From: a virus
DNA length: 64,000 bases
Reading direction: 5' to 3' (one strand)
IMG/VR virus record: IMGVR_UViG_3300027782_000058
Location: 27,080-91,079 of that record
Shown here one piece after another: positions 44,302 to 54,911 of this stretch. Below the pieces are notes generated by a model that ran no database searches, was not told where the DNA came from, and saw only the letters and a program-made list of their open reading frames with translations. A program made the translations under genes and the position numbers. Every line of letters starts with the position of its first letter. Within the stretch, counting starts at the first letter, position 1.

Positions 44302-47300
44302 ATGATTGATAGAGTTGACTATAGGTACTACACAGTTGATCTGCTGACGAATGTGACCCTCGCTGAGATCCCATTCTCATCCGTTAACTGGGGTAGAGCC
44401 GTGCGTCGAGCCGGTGAGTTCAGCGGCAGCGTTCAAGTCATCGCAGCCAACGACCATCTCAATCTTTACGACAACACCATGCCGGGACGGACTGCTCTCT
44501 ACGTCGTTCGCAACGGAGTCTGCGTCTGGGGCGGGATCATCTGGTCTCGCTCGTACGATCCTCTAGGCAGAACTCTCAGCATCAGTGGTGCGGAGTTCCC
44601 CAGTTACTTCTACCACCGCTTCGTGTGGAAGACGCTCACCAGAATGTTCACTTCGTCAGATCGCATTCTTATTGACTCTTTCAGTATCACCAGCGGACAG
44701 ATGACTGTGACCACACGAGGGGGACTTCCTCACAACCTTAACGACAGAGATAATGTTCTCATCTCCGGAATCGCCACCCTCAATCCAGACCTTGAAGGTG
44801 TCTTTACAGTCGTATCTATTGTCTCTGATACTTCATTTATTCTTGACACATCTGATATTGCTGATACTGCTAGTACCACTACAACGGCAACTAGGTTCCA
44901 GAAGGTGACTGACAACTACACGTTTGTCAGGACACTGCTCAACTACATGGCAAGTGACTTTGCTGGCCTCTTGATCGCAAGAGTAGAGCCCGCAATTCCG
45001 GGCAAGAATAGAGTGCTGTCAATCATCCAGAGTGAGCGTCTCAACAAGATTGCACGTCTGGTTACTGACACACCACACGAACTAATTCCCGGACAAGAAG
45101 TAATTGTCAAAGACCTCAGTGATGATTTTGATGGTACCGATACGCAGACTGTTACCTCGGTTCGATCCGGGCTGTCCTTCGAGTACTCCAATGCAGCAAA
45201 CTCGTCCGGTACAGCGCTCTCTGACGCAGCAATGACGACAGAGGCTGGCTATCGAACTTACGGAATTACAGGATTCAGCGCAAAATCATTTAAGGACACA
45301 TCTACTGTCCCGAACAAAAGATACACAGACGTGACGTTGACCTTAGACGCAGCGCACAGTGCAGCAATAGGGGACGAGGTAATTGTTGATGTCAATACTC
45401 CGACCCCTCAACTCACGACAGATTTTCAGATCTTTGACAGTGTAGAAACGATTAGAACTGTTCCTGATGTCAACATTCTTACCTACAGACACAACAACCC
45501 CGGAGGCTCCGACACTGGTTGGTACCTGCAGAGGAATGTCACCCACAACGGACTTGTCTATAGCGCGGGAGTCTGGACAGTCACTCTTGCAGTCGACACT
45601 GCTCACACATACCAGAAAGGGGCTGACATCAAGGTAGAGGGACTCATCCCGTGCTTTAACGGAGAGTACACAATTGCCAGTGTCACGCCTGTACCAACAC
45701 AGGTCACCTACACGATCAGTAGGCAGTTCAATATTCTTGGTGTGCGCTGTAAGGGCGGTGTAGTCACACTGACTACTGATGGTGTCCACAGAATGGTTGC
45801 CGGAGAAAGCATTCAAATTTACAACTATGGAAGCGCATCTAACAATAATCAATTTGGTGGCGTTGAATTCATTATCGACACTGTTGCAAGCAACAAGATC
45901 ACGTTCAGAAAGCAGTCAACAGTCAGCCGAGTAGGTTCTTGGACAAAAAACTCTACGTCAATAGTAGTAGATGATGGCTCGGGAATCATTGCTGGAATGT
46001 TTGTCGAAGCGGGGAGTGGGATGCCTACCGATGCAAAGGTAGTGTCAAGAGTCGGAACAACAGTGACCATCGATAAACCAACTACAGCGGCGGCTACTTC
46101 AGTCACAAAACTCACATCAGGAAGTACTCCTTCTGCATCTCCGACTATCACTCTTGCGAACGTTACTGGCATTAAAGTAGGAATGTCAGTTCAAGCAGCA
46201 GGAGTAGACTCAGTCATAACATCAATCTCAAGCAACACGATTACCATCAGAGATGCAACTACAGCGATCATTTCAACCAGTACTTCATTGAGTTTTAAAT
46301 GGCCTGTTTTGTTTCACAACAAATATCCTCAATCAGATAAGACACTTGGTAAGTCAGTAGCCCCCACCGCATATGTACGATGCGTCTCTAACATCACCTA
46401 CACAGATATCAATACTGCTAACGATGAGACGATCACACGAACAAATATGGTGAATGTCAGCAGTGGCGGTACTGTAACTCTCGGTCCTCGCGTCTATGCG
46501 GCTACCTATGGTGGGTTCGCCTACAACAGTGACATCGATCTTGGATTTATGGAAGAGTCCGACTCTGGTGGAACTGCAGATAGGGCCATCTACACAGCGA
46601 GCGAGATGATGAGTGTGGGCCAGATTCTTGAGGCCGTCTCCGCCGGGTCTGATGGATTCGAGTATCGAGTTGACTGTAACTATGACGAGAGTTCTGGATC
46701 TTTTACAAGGACATTCGTCGTCTCTGGGTACGACATCCCTGAAGACTTGGAACCGGGAGAAGCAAGGACACTGGAGAGTCTAGGAGCAGACAAGTTAGTC
46801 TTCGAGTACCCCGGTAATATCAGTTCCTTTGGTCTCGACGAATCTGCGGAAGAGGCTGCAACCCGCATGTGGGTAGTCGGGGCAAGTGGAAACAGTGGCG
46901 AAGGAGTAGAGCAACCCAGAGCCGGAGCCACCAAAACATCCATGCTGGAAGACGGATGGCCACTGCTCGATGCCACTGAACAGATGGAAGACCAGAGTGG
47001 GACGCTGGCTCTCTACAAGCAGGCCGAGAGTTTTCTGGAGGAGTCTCTTCCGCCAATCGATACTCTTGATGTAAAGGTCAATGGCTCTCTAGACCCACAG
47101 GTCGGGACATACAAGCCGGGAGACTGGTGCTCTCTGGTATTCGATGACCTGTATATGCAGATGAGGCTTGCCAGCAGTCAAGAGCCTCGGGACAACATCA
47201 TGGTCCGAAAGATCATGGGATATAAGGTGACAGTGCCAGACTCTTTCGGAATCCCAGAGTCCGTCGATCTTGACCTAATGCGAGACTCGGAGGTGGACGG

Positions 47301-47322
47301 CGTTGGCAACCAACAGGCGTAG
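44302..47322 (+). CDS. Minor tail / baseplate hub protein (ReqiPepy6 gp37-like) with inserted repeats
   Basis: LAEIPF...RAGEFSGS...RNGVCVWGGIIW...FEYPGNI...GWPLLD. Confidence 0.78.
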   Translation: MIDRVDYRYYTVDLLTNVTLAEIPFSSVNWGRAVRRAGEFSGSVQVIAANDHLNLYDNTMPGRTALYVVRNGVCVWGGIIWSRSYDPLGRTLSISGAEFPSYFYHRFVWKTLTRMFTSSDRILIDSFSITSGQMTVTTRGGLPHNLNDRDNVLISGIATLNPDLEGVFTVVSIVSDTSFILDTSDIADTASTTTTATRFQKVTDNYTFVRTLLNYMASDFAGLLIARVEPAIPGKNRVLSIIQSERLNKIARLVTDTPHELIPGQEVIVKDLSDDFDGTDTQTVTSVRSGLSFEYSNAANSSGTALSDAAMTTEAGYRTYGITGFSAKSFKDTSTVPNKRYTDVTLTLDAAHSAAIGDEVIVDVNTPTPQLTTDFQIFDSVETIRTVPDVNILTYRHNNPGGSDTGWYLQRNVTHNGLVYSAGVWTVTLAVDTAHTYQKGADIKVEGLIPCFNGEYTIASVTPVPTQVTYTISRQFNILGVRCKGGVVTLTTDGVHRMVAGESIQIYNYGSASNNNQFGGVEFIIDTVASNKITFRKQSTVSRVGSWTKNSTSIVVDDGSGIIAGMFVEAGSGMPTDAKVVSRVGTTVTIDKPTTAAATSVTKLTSGSTPSASPTITLANVTGIKVGMSVQAAGVDSVITSISSNTITIRDATTAIISTSTSLSFKWPVLFHNKYPQSDKTLGKSVAPTAYVRCVSNITYTDINTANDETITRTNMVNVSSGGTVTLGPRVYAATYGGFAYNSDIDLGFMEESDSGGTADRAIYTASEMMSVGQILEAVSAGSDGFEYRVDCNYDESSGSFTRTFVVSGYDIPEDLEPGEARTLESLGADKLVFEYPGNISSFGLDESAEEAATRMWVVGASGNSGEGVEQPRAGATKTSMLEDGWPLLDATEQMEDQSGTLALYKQAESFLEESLPPIDTLDVKVNGSLDPQVGTYKPGDWCSLVFDDLYMQMRLASSQEPRDNIMVRKIMGYKVTVPDSFGIPESVDLDLMRDSEVDGVGNQQA

Positions 47323-50300
47323 GACAGAGAAGAAGAACATCGGACAAACGCTCAACGATGTTGAGAACCGGATCAAGAAGGTAGAGCGTAGAAGCACTCC
47401 TGTACTCGGCGTTGCTCAGGTTGGTACTGACAACATCGGTAGCAGTTCCGTCACCTATGACAAACTTTCAGAAGATGTCCGGGCTCTGCTCGACACACTG
47501 ATCAACTCTGTTGACTCGGTGTCAACCAACCTGTCCGACATTAACGTCTTGGCGAGCAATCTCTCAGACAGTACGAGTTATGCTCAGGCCACTGCTGACG
47601 GTAAGAACATCATCTACTACCAGAACATTGCTCCTGCCGATAGCCCAGACCTTAAAATAGACGACCTCTGGTTTGACACCGACGATGCGTACAAGCCGTA
47701 CCGATGGGACGGCACCGCATGGACAGCCGTGCCCTTCGGCAGCAACGCGATCTCTGACCTCAACGTCGGGAAACTGACTACCGGAACCCTAAGCGCCTCG
47801 ATGGCGATTCAGGTTGGAACTCTTGCCAACAACTCAAGCCGGATCGTTATTGATGGTGGCCTCAGCGCAGCAGGCATCCGACTCATCAGCCGTAACGGCT
47901 CAGGTGTCGACACGATCACAGTCAACCTTGATGCCAGTACCGGAAGCGCTTCGTTCCTCGGAGATATCACTTCGGGTTCGACGATCACCGGCTCGACTTT
48001 CAAAACTTCTACGAACGTTGGCAACGGCAGCACAGCGGGCGTCAAGATCGACTCCACAGGTGCCAACTTCTACAACGCCGCGTCATCGACTCCTGTCACC
48101 TCGATCAACTCGACTACTGGCGTCCTGAGTGCTACCGGAGCAACTATCTCTGGAACTCTGACAGCGACTGCCGGAACAATCGGTGGATTCACCCTCAGTG
48201 GTAGTTCCTTATCTGCAGGCTCTGCCGGAACCTTCGTCACGATGTCGACCGGGGCAACTGCGTTCTCTGCTGGAGGAGCCACTCCTGCCAGTGCTCCGTT
48301 CAATGTCTCGCAGGGTGGAGCATTGACTGCATCTAGTGCCACCATCACCGGAACGATTAATGCTACAGATGGTTTCTTCGGTGTAGACGGAACCAACGGC
48401 TGGAACATCAACTCCAACCTTCTGCAGTCGAAGTCTGTCTCCTCGAAGTCGATCACGCTCGACGCTGCCAACGCCAAGATCTACATTGCAAATGGGACCG
48501 GAACATACGGAAACGCAGCAACTGCTTTTTACGTTGATAGCACCGGACTGTTCTCCATCACAGACAAGTTACTGTTCGACCCCGGCCTGACAGACTCTGG
48601 CGGTTTCGCAACTCTCACTGTCATTGGACGCATTCGCGGTGCCATTGATAATGTTGCGATTGTCCCCCCAGACTCGTCCACTTATACAGTCACCGGAACA
48701 GTGATCTCTGGTACTACTCCAAACCAGACGGCAGTGCTGACGACTTCAGCAACTCACACTTTCCTTGTCGGTGACACAGTCATTGTTGCTGGGCTCACTG
48801 GTAGCGCTGCTCTTGCGAATGGCGCTTGGGAGATCACCGCAAAAACAACTAACACTCTCACTTTTACCGGGGTGTCTGGGGCAACTAACGGTACCTATAC
48901 TGGACTATCTGGCACCGCCCGTGTACGAGAACTTACCCTCGGGCTTCATCCGGCACTCAACGGATCACCAGCAGGCATTGGAATCAGGCTTGATGAATAT
49001 AACTACTGGTTCCTCAACAACAAGTTTCGAGTCGGTACTGCAGGCTCCTACGTCCTCTGGGATGGTACGACTCTGTCCGTCTCGGGCACGATCAACGCCA
49101 ATGCCGGTAACTTCACGAGCACCGTCACAGTAGGGAGCGGTGCTACAGCAGGAACTCTGACCGTCGGCACGAACGCGACTGCCACAAATAGGATCACGAT
49201 CACCGGAACTGACACAGCAGCGACTACCAAGATCTACTCCGGCACAGGGACGTTCACCAACGCGAATACCCCGTTCTACATGGATGCGTCCGGACAGTTC
49301 AGCCTCGGTGCAAACTTTGCAGTTAGCACTGCCGGAAACCTGTCTCTGGCTGGGACGATCACATCTGCTGCAACAATCACTGGTGGTGTGGTTCAAACAG
49401 GCGCACCATCCACTACAACTGCATCAGTTCAGATGAACGCTTCAGCCTCTGACTACATTTTTAAAGCATCTCCCAAACTAGGTAGTAGCACGTTGGCTGT
49501 AGCACTAAACAATACTGATACTCAGTTCACTATAGGCGTCTCTCTTGCTAACTATTCATCTTTCTCTGGAAATGTTCCACCATATATTGCTAGAGTCAAC
49601 AATAACGAATATGTGATGGTGACTGCTGGTCCTTGGTTTGGGCTATTCAATATGCTTCGTGGCGCTGGTCCAACAATGGTCTACGCATCAGCATTTTCTA
49701 GGTCTGGGAGCACTGTCACTGTCACCACGTCTGCGGCGCATGGCCTTGCTGCAAGTGACTCTGTGACTATTAGCGCCTTCTACGACTTCTACACTGAATG
49801 GTCTGGAAATTTTACAGTTCTTGCTACTGGTCTTACTACTACTCAGTTTCAAGTTACCAACGCTGCATCTACCAGCACATCAATCGAATTTGGTGGAGTC
49901 ATTTCAAAAAGATCCGTGGCTCCTCAGACTGCAGCCTCTGGAAGTACTTTTGTTCAAATCACTGAGTCATATATCCCACCGTTTAGTATCAGCGCATCTA
50001 ACGGATCTGCAACTCTTAGCCCCACTATTCGAGGTGGGTCACTAGAAGGCACGTTATTCACGGGTGTCTTTGGGTCTATCATTACTGGACTTAAATTCTC
50101 CCCTAACGACACAAGTATCGGAATTAGCACTGGAACCATTGAAGCGGTAAAACTTGACTCAAGTTCTCTCCCTCAAACTACATTCATATTAAGTGCATCA
50201 GATGGTGCGCTACGTCTCTATGGAACTACCCCCACCGTCTCACTTGCTAGTACTGGACATCCTCTTCAAATTGGGCTGTCTTCTGGATATAACTTGGCAT

Positions 50301-50902
50301 TTGGTACCGACAGTGGCGGCAGCAAGACAGTTATTCAATCTCGAAATGCCGGTGCTGCAGCAGCCCTACAGTTGAACGCTCTCGGTGGAAATGTTCAAGT
50401 AGGAGACTCTTCCAGTACGGTAACTATCTCTGGGCTTGTCACCGCTCCAAATATGAATGTCTACACATATGTCACAGAAACAGACATAACTTTGGCAGCC
50501 AACCAAACTACATATGCTGGTACTCCAGATGCTAGTACAGCGGGTGGAAGATCTTTTGTTGCTCCTGCTTCCGGATGTGTAGTTGTAACAATTTTATTTT
50601 TGTGTGCGTCAGGCACTGCCAATAGTGCTGCAATGTCTTTCCAAGTGCGTACAGGAGGGACTGTTGGATCAGGAACAATTGTGGTCCCAAACTCATCGCC
50701 ATCAACTGCAGACTATAATGCTAATGCTGTGTGGGCCTACGGTAACCCCGGAGGTAATCAGTACTTATCTTCATCATGGACTACTCGTGTCACAGGTCTG
50801 ACAGCAAACACTACTTATAATATAAAATTAGTTCACTACAACAGCGACACAGTAACAAGAGTCGTTGCTCGACGCAGGATCATTATCCAGCCAGAGTTCT
50901 AG
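47303..50902 (+). CDS. Tail fibre / receptor-binding protein
   Basis: TADGKNIIYY...DDLWFDTDD..YRWDG; Gly/Ser/Thr-rich beta repeats. Confidence 0.75.
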   Translation: MATNRRRTEKKNIGQTLNDVENRIKKVERRSTPVLGVAQVGTDNIGSSSVTYDKLSEDVRALLDTLINSVDSVSTNLSDINVLASNLSDSTSYAQATADGKNIIYYQNIAPADSPDLKIDDLWFDTDDAYKPYRWDGTAWTAVPFGSNAISDLNVGKLTTGTLSASMAIQVGTLANNSSRIVIDGGLSAAGIRLISRNGSGVDTITVNLDASTGSASFLGDITSGSTITGSTFKTSTNVGNGSTAGVKIDSTGANFYNAASSTPVTSINSTTGVLSATGATISGTLTATAGTIGGFTLSGSSLSAGSAGTFVTMSTGATAFSAGGATPASAPFNVSQGGALTASSATITGTINATDGFFGVDGTNGWNINSNLLQSKSVSSKSITLDAANAKIYIANGTGTYGNAATAFYVDSTGLFSITDKLLFDPGLTDSGGFATLTVIGRIRGAIDNVAIVPPDSSTYTVTGTVISGTTPNQTAVLTTSATHTFLVGDTVIVAGLTGSAALANGAWEITAKTTNTLTFTGVSGATNGTYTGLSGTARVRELTLGLHPALNGSPAGIGIRLDEYNYWFLNNKFRVGTAGSYVLWDGTTLSVSGTINANAGNFTSTVTVGSGATAGTLTVGTNATATNRITITGTDTAATTKIYSGTGTFTNANTPFYMDASGQFSLGANFAVSTAGNLSLAGTITSAATITGGVVQTGAPSTTTASVQMNASASDYIFKASPKLGSSTLAVALNNTDTQFTIGVSLANYSSFSGNVPPYIARVNNNEYVMVTAGPWFGLFNMLRGAGPTMVYASAFSRSGSTVTVTTSAAHGLAASDSVTISAFYDFYTEWSGNFTVLATGLTTTQFQVTNAASTSTSIEFGGVISKRSVAPQTAASGSTFVQITESYIPPFSISASNGSATLSPTIRGGSLEGTLFTGVFGSIITGLKFSPNDTSIGISTGTIEAVKLDSSSLPQTTFILSASDGALRLYGTTPTVSLASTGHPLQIGLSSGYNLAFGTDSGGSKTVIQSRNAGAAAALQLNALGGNVQVGDSSSTVTISGLVTAPNMNVYTYVTETDITLAANQTTYAGTPDASTAGGRSFVAPASGCVVVTILFLCASGTANSAAMSFQVRTGGTVGSGTIVVPNSSPSTADYNANAVWAYGNPGGNQYLSSSWTTRVTGLTANTTYNIKLVHYNSDTVTRVVARRRIIIQPEF

Positions 50903-50915
50903 AAAGGAAGACTCA

Positions 50916-51227
50916 ATGGCAATTACAGCCGAGTATGTGGTGCAGACTGATAGCGGTGGATTTCCCTGCTGCTATCTGGTCATCTCAAGCGACAGTGTTG
51001 GAATCAACAGAGTAGAGTCAAATGTCGTGTCCGAGGCCCCAGCGATTGGTACCACTATCCTTGGGCAGTATCAGCAGGCGCTCAAGGATCGGGCTCAGGA
51101 GACTATAGACAGGGTCGTTGGAGCAGACTTTTCAGGAGCGTATGTGTCAGCATCTTGCATGGAGTACTCAACAATCGGAAGTCGACTTCTAGCCGTGGAA
51201 AACGCGATTCAGTCGCTGAGCCAGTAG
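50916..51227 (+). CDS. Hypothetical protein
   Basis: AAAGGAAG RBS, ATG 50916. Confidence 0.65.
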   Translation: MAITAEYVVQTDSGGFPCCYLVISSDSVGINRVESNVVSEAPAIGTTILGQYQQALKDRAQETIDRVVGADFSGAYVSASCMEYSTIGSRLLAVENAIQSLSQ

Positions 51228-51292
51228 TTTTTCGAGTAGGATCATCCGTAGCACGACATGAAGCGACATACACACAAGGAGATAGATTAGAT

Positions 51293-51484
51293 ATGCCAGA
51301 CAACCAGACAACCACTCTTGAACTTGTGGCTCAGGAACTTCAGAACCGCATCGGGCAGATCACGAGCAACTACGAGACTCAGATCGCGCTGCTCAAGGCT
51401 CAAGCCACACAGCAGATCAACGACCTTCAGCAGAAGGTTCAGGATCTAGAAACAGCAGTTACCACTAAAGCATCCTCGAAGTAG
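51293..51484 (+). CDS. Small coiled-coil protein
   Basis: AAGGAG RBS; heptad Gln/Leu pattern. Confidence 0.75.
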   Translation: MPDNQTTTLELVAQELQNRIGQITSNYETQIALLKAQATQQINDLQQKVQDLETAVTTKASSK

Positions 51485-51523
51485 GAGAGATGACTCTAAA
51501 AGACGACAAGACAGAGGTGTCTG

Positions 51524-51994
51524 ATGCATGAGGTACGAGACGGTTCACGCATCCTGAAATTCGATGGAGACCTTCTGGGGTCGTCCACCTCGTGGAGACG
51601 AGGGTCAGATCGATGGATCGAGTTTCAGTTGTTCAAGACCAAGAACGGGTCTTACATCCTGTCTCGGGTCGGGGTCTCTCTCGTCTTCCACGGCGCTGCC
51701 TGTCCTTTGGTCAAGAGGTACGGTCTTATTGAGGCTCAAGTGTCTGACCTTCGGGACAACGCAATCCCCTGCGAGACATGTACCCCGTCATCTGACCTGC
51801 CGGTGGTCTTCCCCGAGAAAGATCGGACATGGGCTCAGGTCAGTGAAGACCCGGAGGCAGTGCTCGATGCCCTCTACAAGTATGACCAAGGCGGTACTCG
51901 ATACCTGACAAACGTGGCTCATAGGCTTCTGGAGCAGGCGTCGAACATTGACTCTCAAATTGAGTCCGTGTACCGTATCGAGACAATTCCCTAG
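51524..51994 (+). CDS. Hypothetical protein (H..C...CxxC)
   Basis: GAGGTG RBS. Confidence 0.8.
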   Translation: MHEVRDGSRILKFDGDLLGSSTSWRRGSDRWIEFQLFKTKNGSYILSRVGVSLVFHGAACPLVKRYGLIEAQVSDLRDNAIPCETCTPSSDLPVVFPEKDRTWAQVSEDPEAVLDALYKYDQGGTRYLTNVAHRLLEQASNIDSQIESVYRIETIP

Positions 51995-52004
51995 GAGGGT
52001 CAAC

Positions 52005-52166
52005 ATGCAGGAAGAGAATGCCAGTCCGCTCCGAGAAGGAGCGATCATGGCGCACGAGATGTACGAAGAACTCCGGAATGCTGGATTCAAGAGGCGTGAT
52101 GCCCTTGAATTACTGGCAAAGATGATGACTGGTGCGATTGGCGCTGGCATGGAGAGCGACGACTAG
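52005..52166 (+). CDS. Small actinophage protein (HEMYEELRNAGF)
   Basis: AGGAGG RBS. Confidence 0.75.
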   Translation: MQEENASPLREGAIMAHEMYEELRNAGFKRRDALELLAKMMTGAIGAGMESDD

Positions 52167-52186
52167 ACAGAGGGTGGGCAAGGAAA

Positions 52187-54022
52187 ATGACTGAACGACG
52201 AGAAGGACTAGAGGGAGTTCAACTTCACTACGTTGACTCCGTGGAGAAGGCCGAGGAGTTCCTTCGGTGGCTCAGCGAACGTAGGCCCGGATCAGCAGTG
52301 TCAGTCGACATTGAAACCGGGGAACTCCCCGGAAGAGATCGTAAGGACGCATTGTCTCCTTGGCATGGGACCATCCGTCTCGCTCAGGTGGGCGATGGCA
52401 TGCAGGGATGGTCTATCCCGTGGGGCGAGTGGTCTGGTGTCTTCTATCAGGGCATGGTGCCGTTTGACGGTCCAGTGGTCTGCCACAACATTGCCTTCGA
52501 GGCCAAATGGTTTGCTGTGCAGTCCCGGTGGAAGTTTCCGTGGCATCAGGCGCACGACACCATGATCATGGCGCACCTCATCGATCCGCTCGGGTCTGGT
52601 GCCCTCAAGCAACTAGCCGCGTATCACGTCGACTCCAAGGCTGTCGCTTTGCAGTCCACGCTTGATCAGCAACTCTCTGCCAATGGTTGGACGTGGGGTT
52701 CGGTCCCGACATCGTTCCAGCCTTACTGGTCATACGGTGCTCTGGACACCATCCTGACGATGCGTCTTTGGGAGAAGTTCTACGAGAAGTGCGGTCCGGG
52801 CGGTGCCTACGCGATCCCCTACGAGTTGGAGATGGCGACTCGCAGGATTGTGACGAGCATGGAGATCAACGGCGCTCGTGTTGACCTTGAGTATTCCAAG
52901 AAGAAGTATGAGCAATTGATCGACTACACCGAGTCCGTGAAGGACTGGTGCCGCAAGACATACAACGGAACCTCGATCACGTCGAATGCTCAGTTGGTTC
53001 GGCTCTTCGAGAGCCTTGGTGGAGAGATCACCGAGTACACGCCTACCGGAAACAAGTCTTGCACCAAGGACCAGTTGAAGTTGTTCGTCATCGGCGGTAA
53101 TCCCGAGGTCAAGGCTCTGGCTGAGGCCGTACTCGCGCAGCGCAAGGCTGACAAGTTGGCGGGCAGTTACTTTCTCAACTTTCTCAATCAGTCAATCGAC
53201 GGGTTCGTTCATCCGTCAGTGCGGACTCTCGGTGCTCGGACAGGACGTATGTCTATCACCGACCCAGCACTGCAGACGCTTCCTTCCGGAGACGCCACGG
53301 TTCGTAGGGCATTCATCCCAAAGGATGACGAACACGTCATCGTGTCCTCCGACCTCGATCAGGTCGAGTTCCGCCTGACAGCGGCTCTGTCCGGAGACGC
53401 TGACCTGATCCGTCTGTTCCACGACGCCGATGCGACTGGTGGAGATGCGTTCACCAGCATCATGCGCGACATCTACCAAGACCCCACCGCAACCAAGTCA
53501 GACCCGCGACGCAAGTTGGTCAAGGGCGTGGTCTACGGAAAGTTGTACGGCGCTGGAGTCGCGAAGATGGCCCTGACTGCAGGAGTCGCTGAGCCGCAGA
53601 TGAAGTCTGTCGTTGATGCCTTCGATGGTGCCTATCCCGGTGTGAAGAAACTGCAGCGGGATATCGAGAACGTCGGGATGCTTCGTCTTCGTGATGAGGG
53701 TCAGGGGTACGTCCTCACCCGAACTGGAAGACGACTGCCATGCGATGACGACCGTGTCTACTCGCTCACCAACTACTTGGTTCAGTCAAGTGCTGCGGAG
53801 GTGTTCAAGGCCAACCTCGTGAAACTCGATCAGGCTGATCTGACAGACATGATGATCGTGCCAGTACATGATGAGATCGTCCTTCAGGTTCCACGAGATG
53901 GTGCCGAGGAAGTCATGCATGTCGTTCAGCAGTGCATGACGACCTCTGAGGGATGGGCCATTCCACTGACCGCTGGCGTTGACGGTCCGTTCGACAACTG
54001 GGGACAGAAGTATGAGCACTAG
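52187..54022 (+). CDS. polA: Family A DNA polymerase with 3'-5' exonuclease
   Basis: DIET, HNIAFE, HDTM, YGALD; motif A DLDQVEFR; motif B RKLVKGVVYGKLYG; motif C VHDE. Confidence 0.95.
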   Translation: MTERREGLEGVQLHYVDSVEKAEEFLRWLSERRPGSAVSVDIETGELPGRDRKDALSPWHGTIRLAQVGDGMQGWSIPWGEWSGVFYQGMVPFDGPVVCHNIAFEAKWFAVQSRWKFPWHQAHDTMIMAHLIDPLGSGALKQLAAYHVDSKAVALQSTLDQQLSANGWTWGSVPTSFQPYWSYGALDTILTMRLWEKFYEKCGPGGAYAIPYELEMATRRIVTSMEINGARVDLEYSKKKYEQLIDYTESVKDWCRKTYNGTSITSNAQLVRLFESLGGEITEYTPTGNKSCTKDQLKLFVIGGNPEVKALAEAVLAQRKADKLAGSYFLNFLNQSIDGFVHPSVRTLGARTGRMSITDPALQTLPSGDATVRRAFIPKDDEHVIVSSDLDQVEFRLTAALSGDADLIRLFHDADATGGDAFTSIMRDIYQDPTATKSDPRRKLVKGVVYGKLYGAGVAKMALTAGVAEPQMKSVVDAFDGAYPGVKKLQRDIENVGMLRLRDEGQGYVLTRTGRRLPCDDDRVYSLTNYLVQSSAAEVFKANLVKLDQADLTDMMIVPVHDEIVLQVPRDGAEEVMHVVQQCMTTSEGWAIPLTAGVDGPFDNWGQKYEH

Positions 54023-54338
54023 CAAGTTTCTGAAGCGAGCCATTGAGGTGGCTGAGCGCAGTCGATGTCACTACCGTCATGGGTGCGTTGTCGTGTCCAA
54101 TGGAAAGGTGGTGGCGGCAGAGACTAATCGCAGGGTGGGAGATCCAGATAGTGAGTGGAGGAAGTCTCATATCCATGCGGAGGCAGCGGCACTGATGGCT
54201 GCCGGAGACAAGGCGTACGGAGCGACTGTGTACGTCGCTCGTGTGTCGAAATCAGGCGCTCCAGCAGAATCCCGCCCGTGCAAGAAGTGCGAGCGGCTCA
54301 TCGACAAGTACAAGGTTGCGACGGTGGTATGGACATGA
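54012..54338 (+). CDS. Cytidine/dCMP deaminase-family protein
   Basis: HAE...SRPCKKC. Confidence 0.88.
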   Translation: MSTSKFLKRAIEVAERSRCHYRHGCVVVSNGKVVAAETNRRVGDPDSEWRKSHIHAEAAALMAAGDKAYGATVYVARVSKSGAPAESRPCKKCERLIDKYKVATVVWT

Positions 54339-54814
54339 TCAGAGTCATCATTGCGGTGGACCCCGGAAAGACAACTGGAATCTCAGTGCTGCAGATCAAG
54401 CCTGATGAAGAGCCTGTGATCCTCGACTCGAACGAACTGATCGTCGAGGACTTTGCTCCGTATCTCCGGAATCAGTTCGATGCTTTCTGGATCGGACCTC
54501 GTGAGCCTGAGATCAAGATGGAGATCGTGTGCGAAAGATTCACGATCAACGCTCAGACAGTCCGAAACTCTCAGGCTCCGTGGTCACTTGAGCAGATTGG
54601 TGTTATGAAGCAGATTTGTCGTGACTACAACTACTCGGAGGACAAGATCATCTGGCAGCAGCCTGCAGACGCCATGAACATGTTCAATAATGAAAAGTTG
54701 AAGCGTCTAGGCTACTGGCATCGTGGAGGCAAGGATCACGCCAACGACTCGATCCGACACGCACTTCTACGAGCAGTCAAGGTTGGCTGGGTGCCGAAGG
54801 GTCTGCTAGGCTGA
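54335..54814 (+). CDS. RuvC-like resolvase
   Basis: IAVDPGKTTG...CERF...HANDSIRHAL; ATGA overlap. Confidence 0.8.
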   Translation: MIRVIIAVDPGKTTGISVLQIKPDEEPVILDSNELIVEDFAPYLRNQFDAFWIGPREPEIKMEIVCERFTINAQTVRNSQAPWSLEQIGVMKQICRDYNYSEDKIIWQQPADAMNMFNNEKLKRLGYWHRGGKDHANDSIRHALLRAVKVGWVPKGLLG

Positions 54815-54911
54815 CACTTACAGCAAAACAATTCGTGGTACTTTCCTGTAAGTGTCATGGTGTACGATGTGGAAACGACGTAACGACGATGTGAAAGGGA
54901 GGTAGGCCGCA

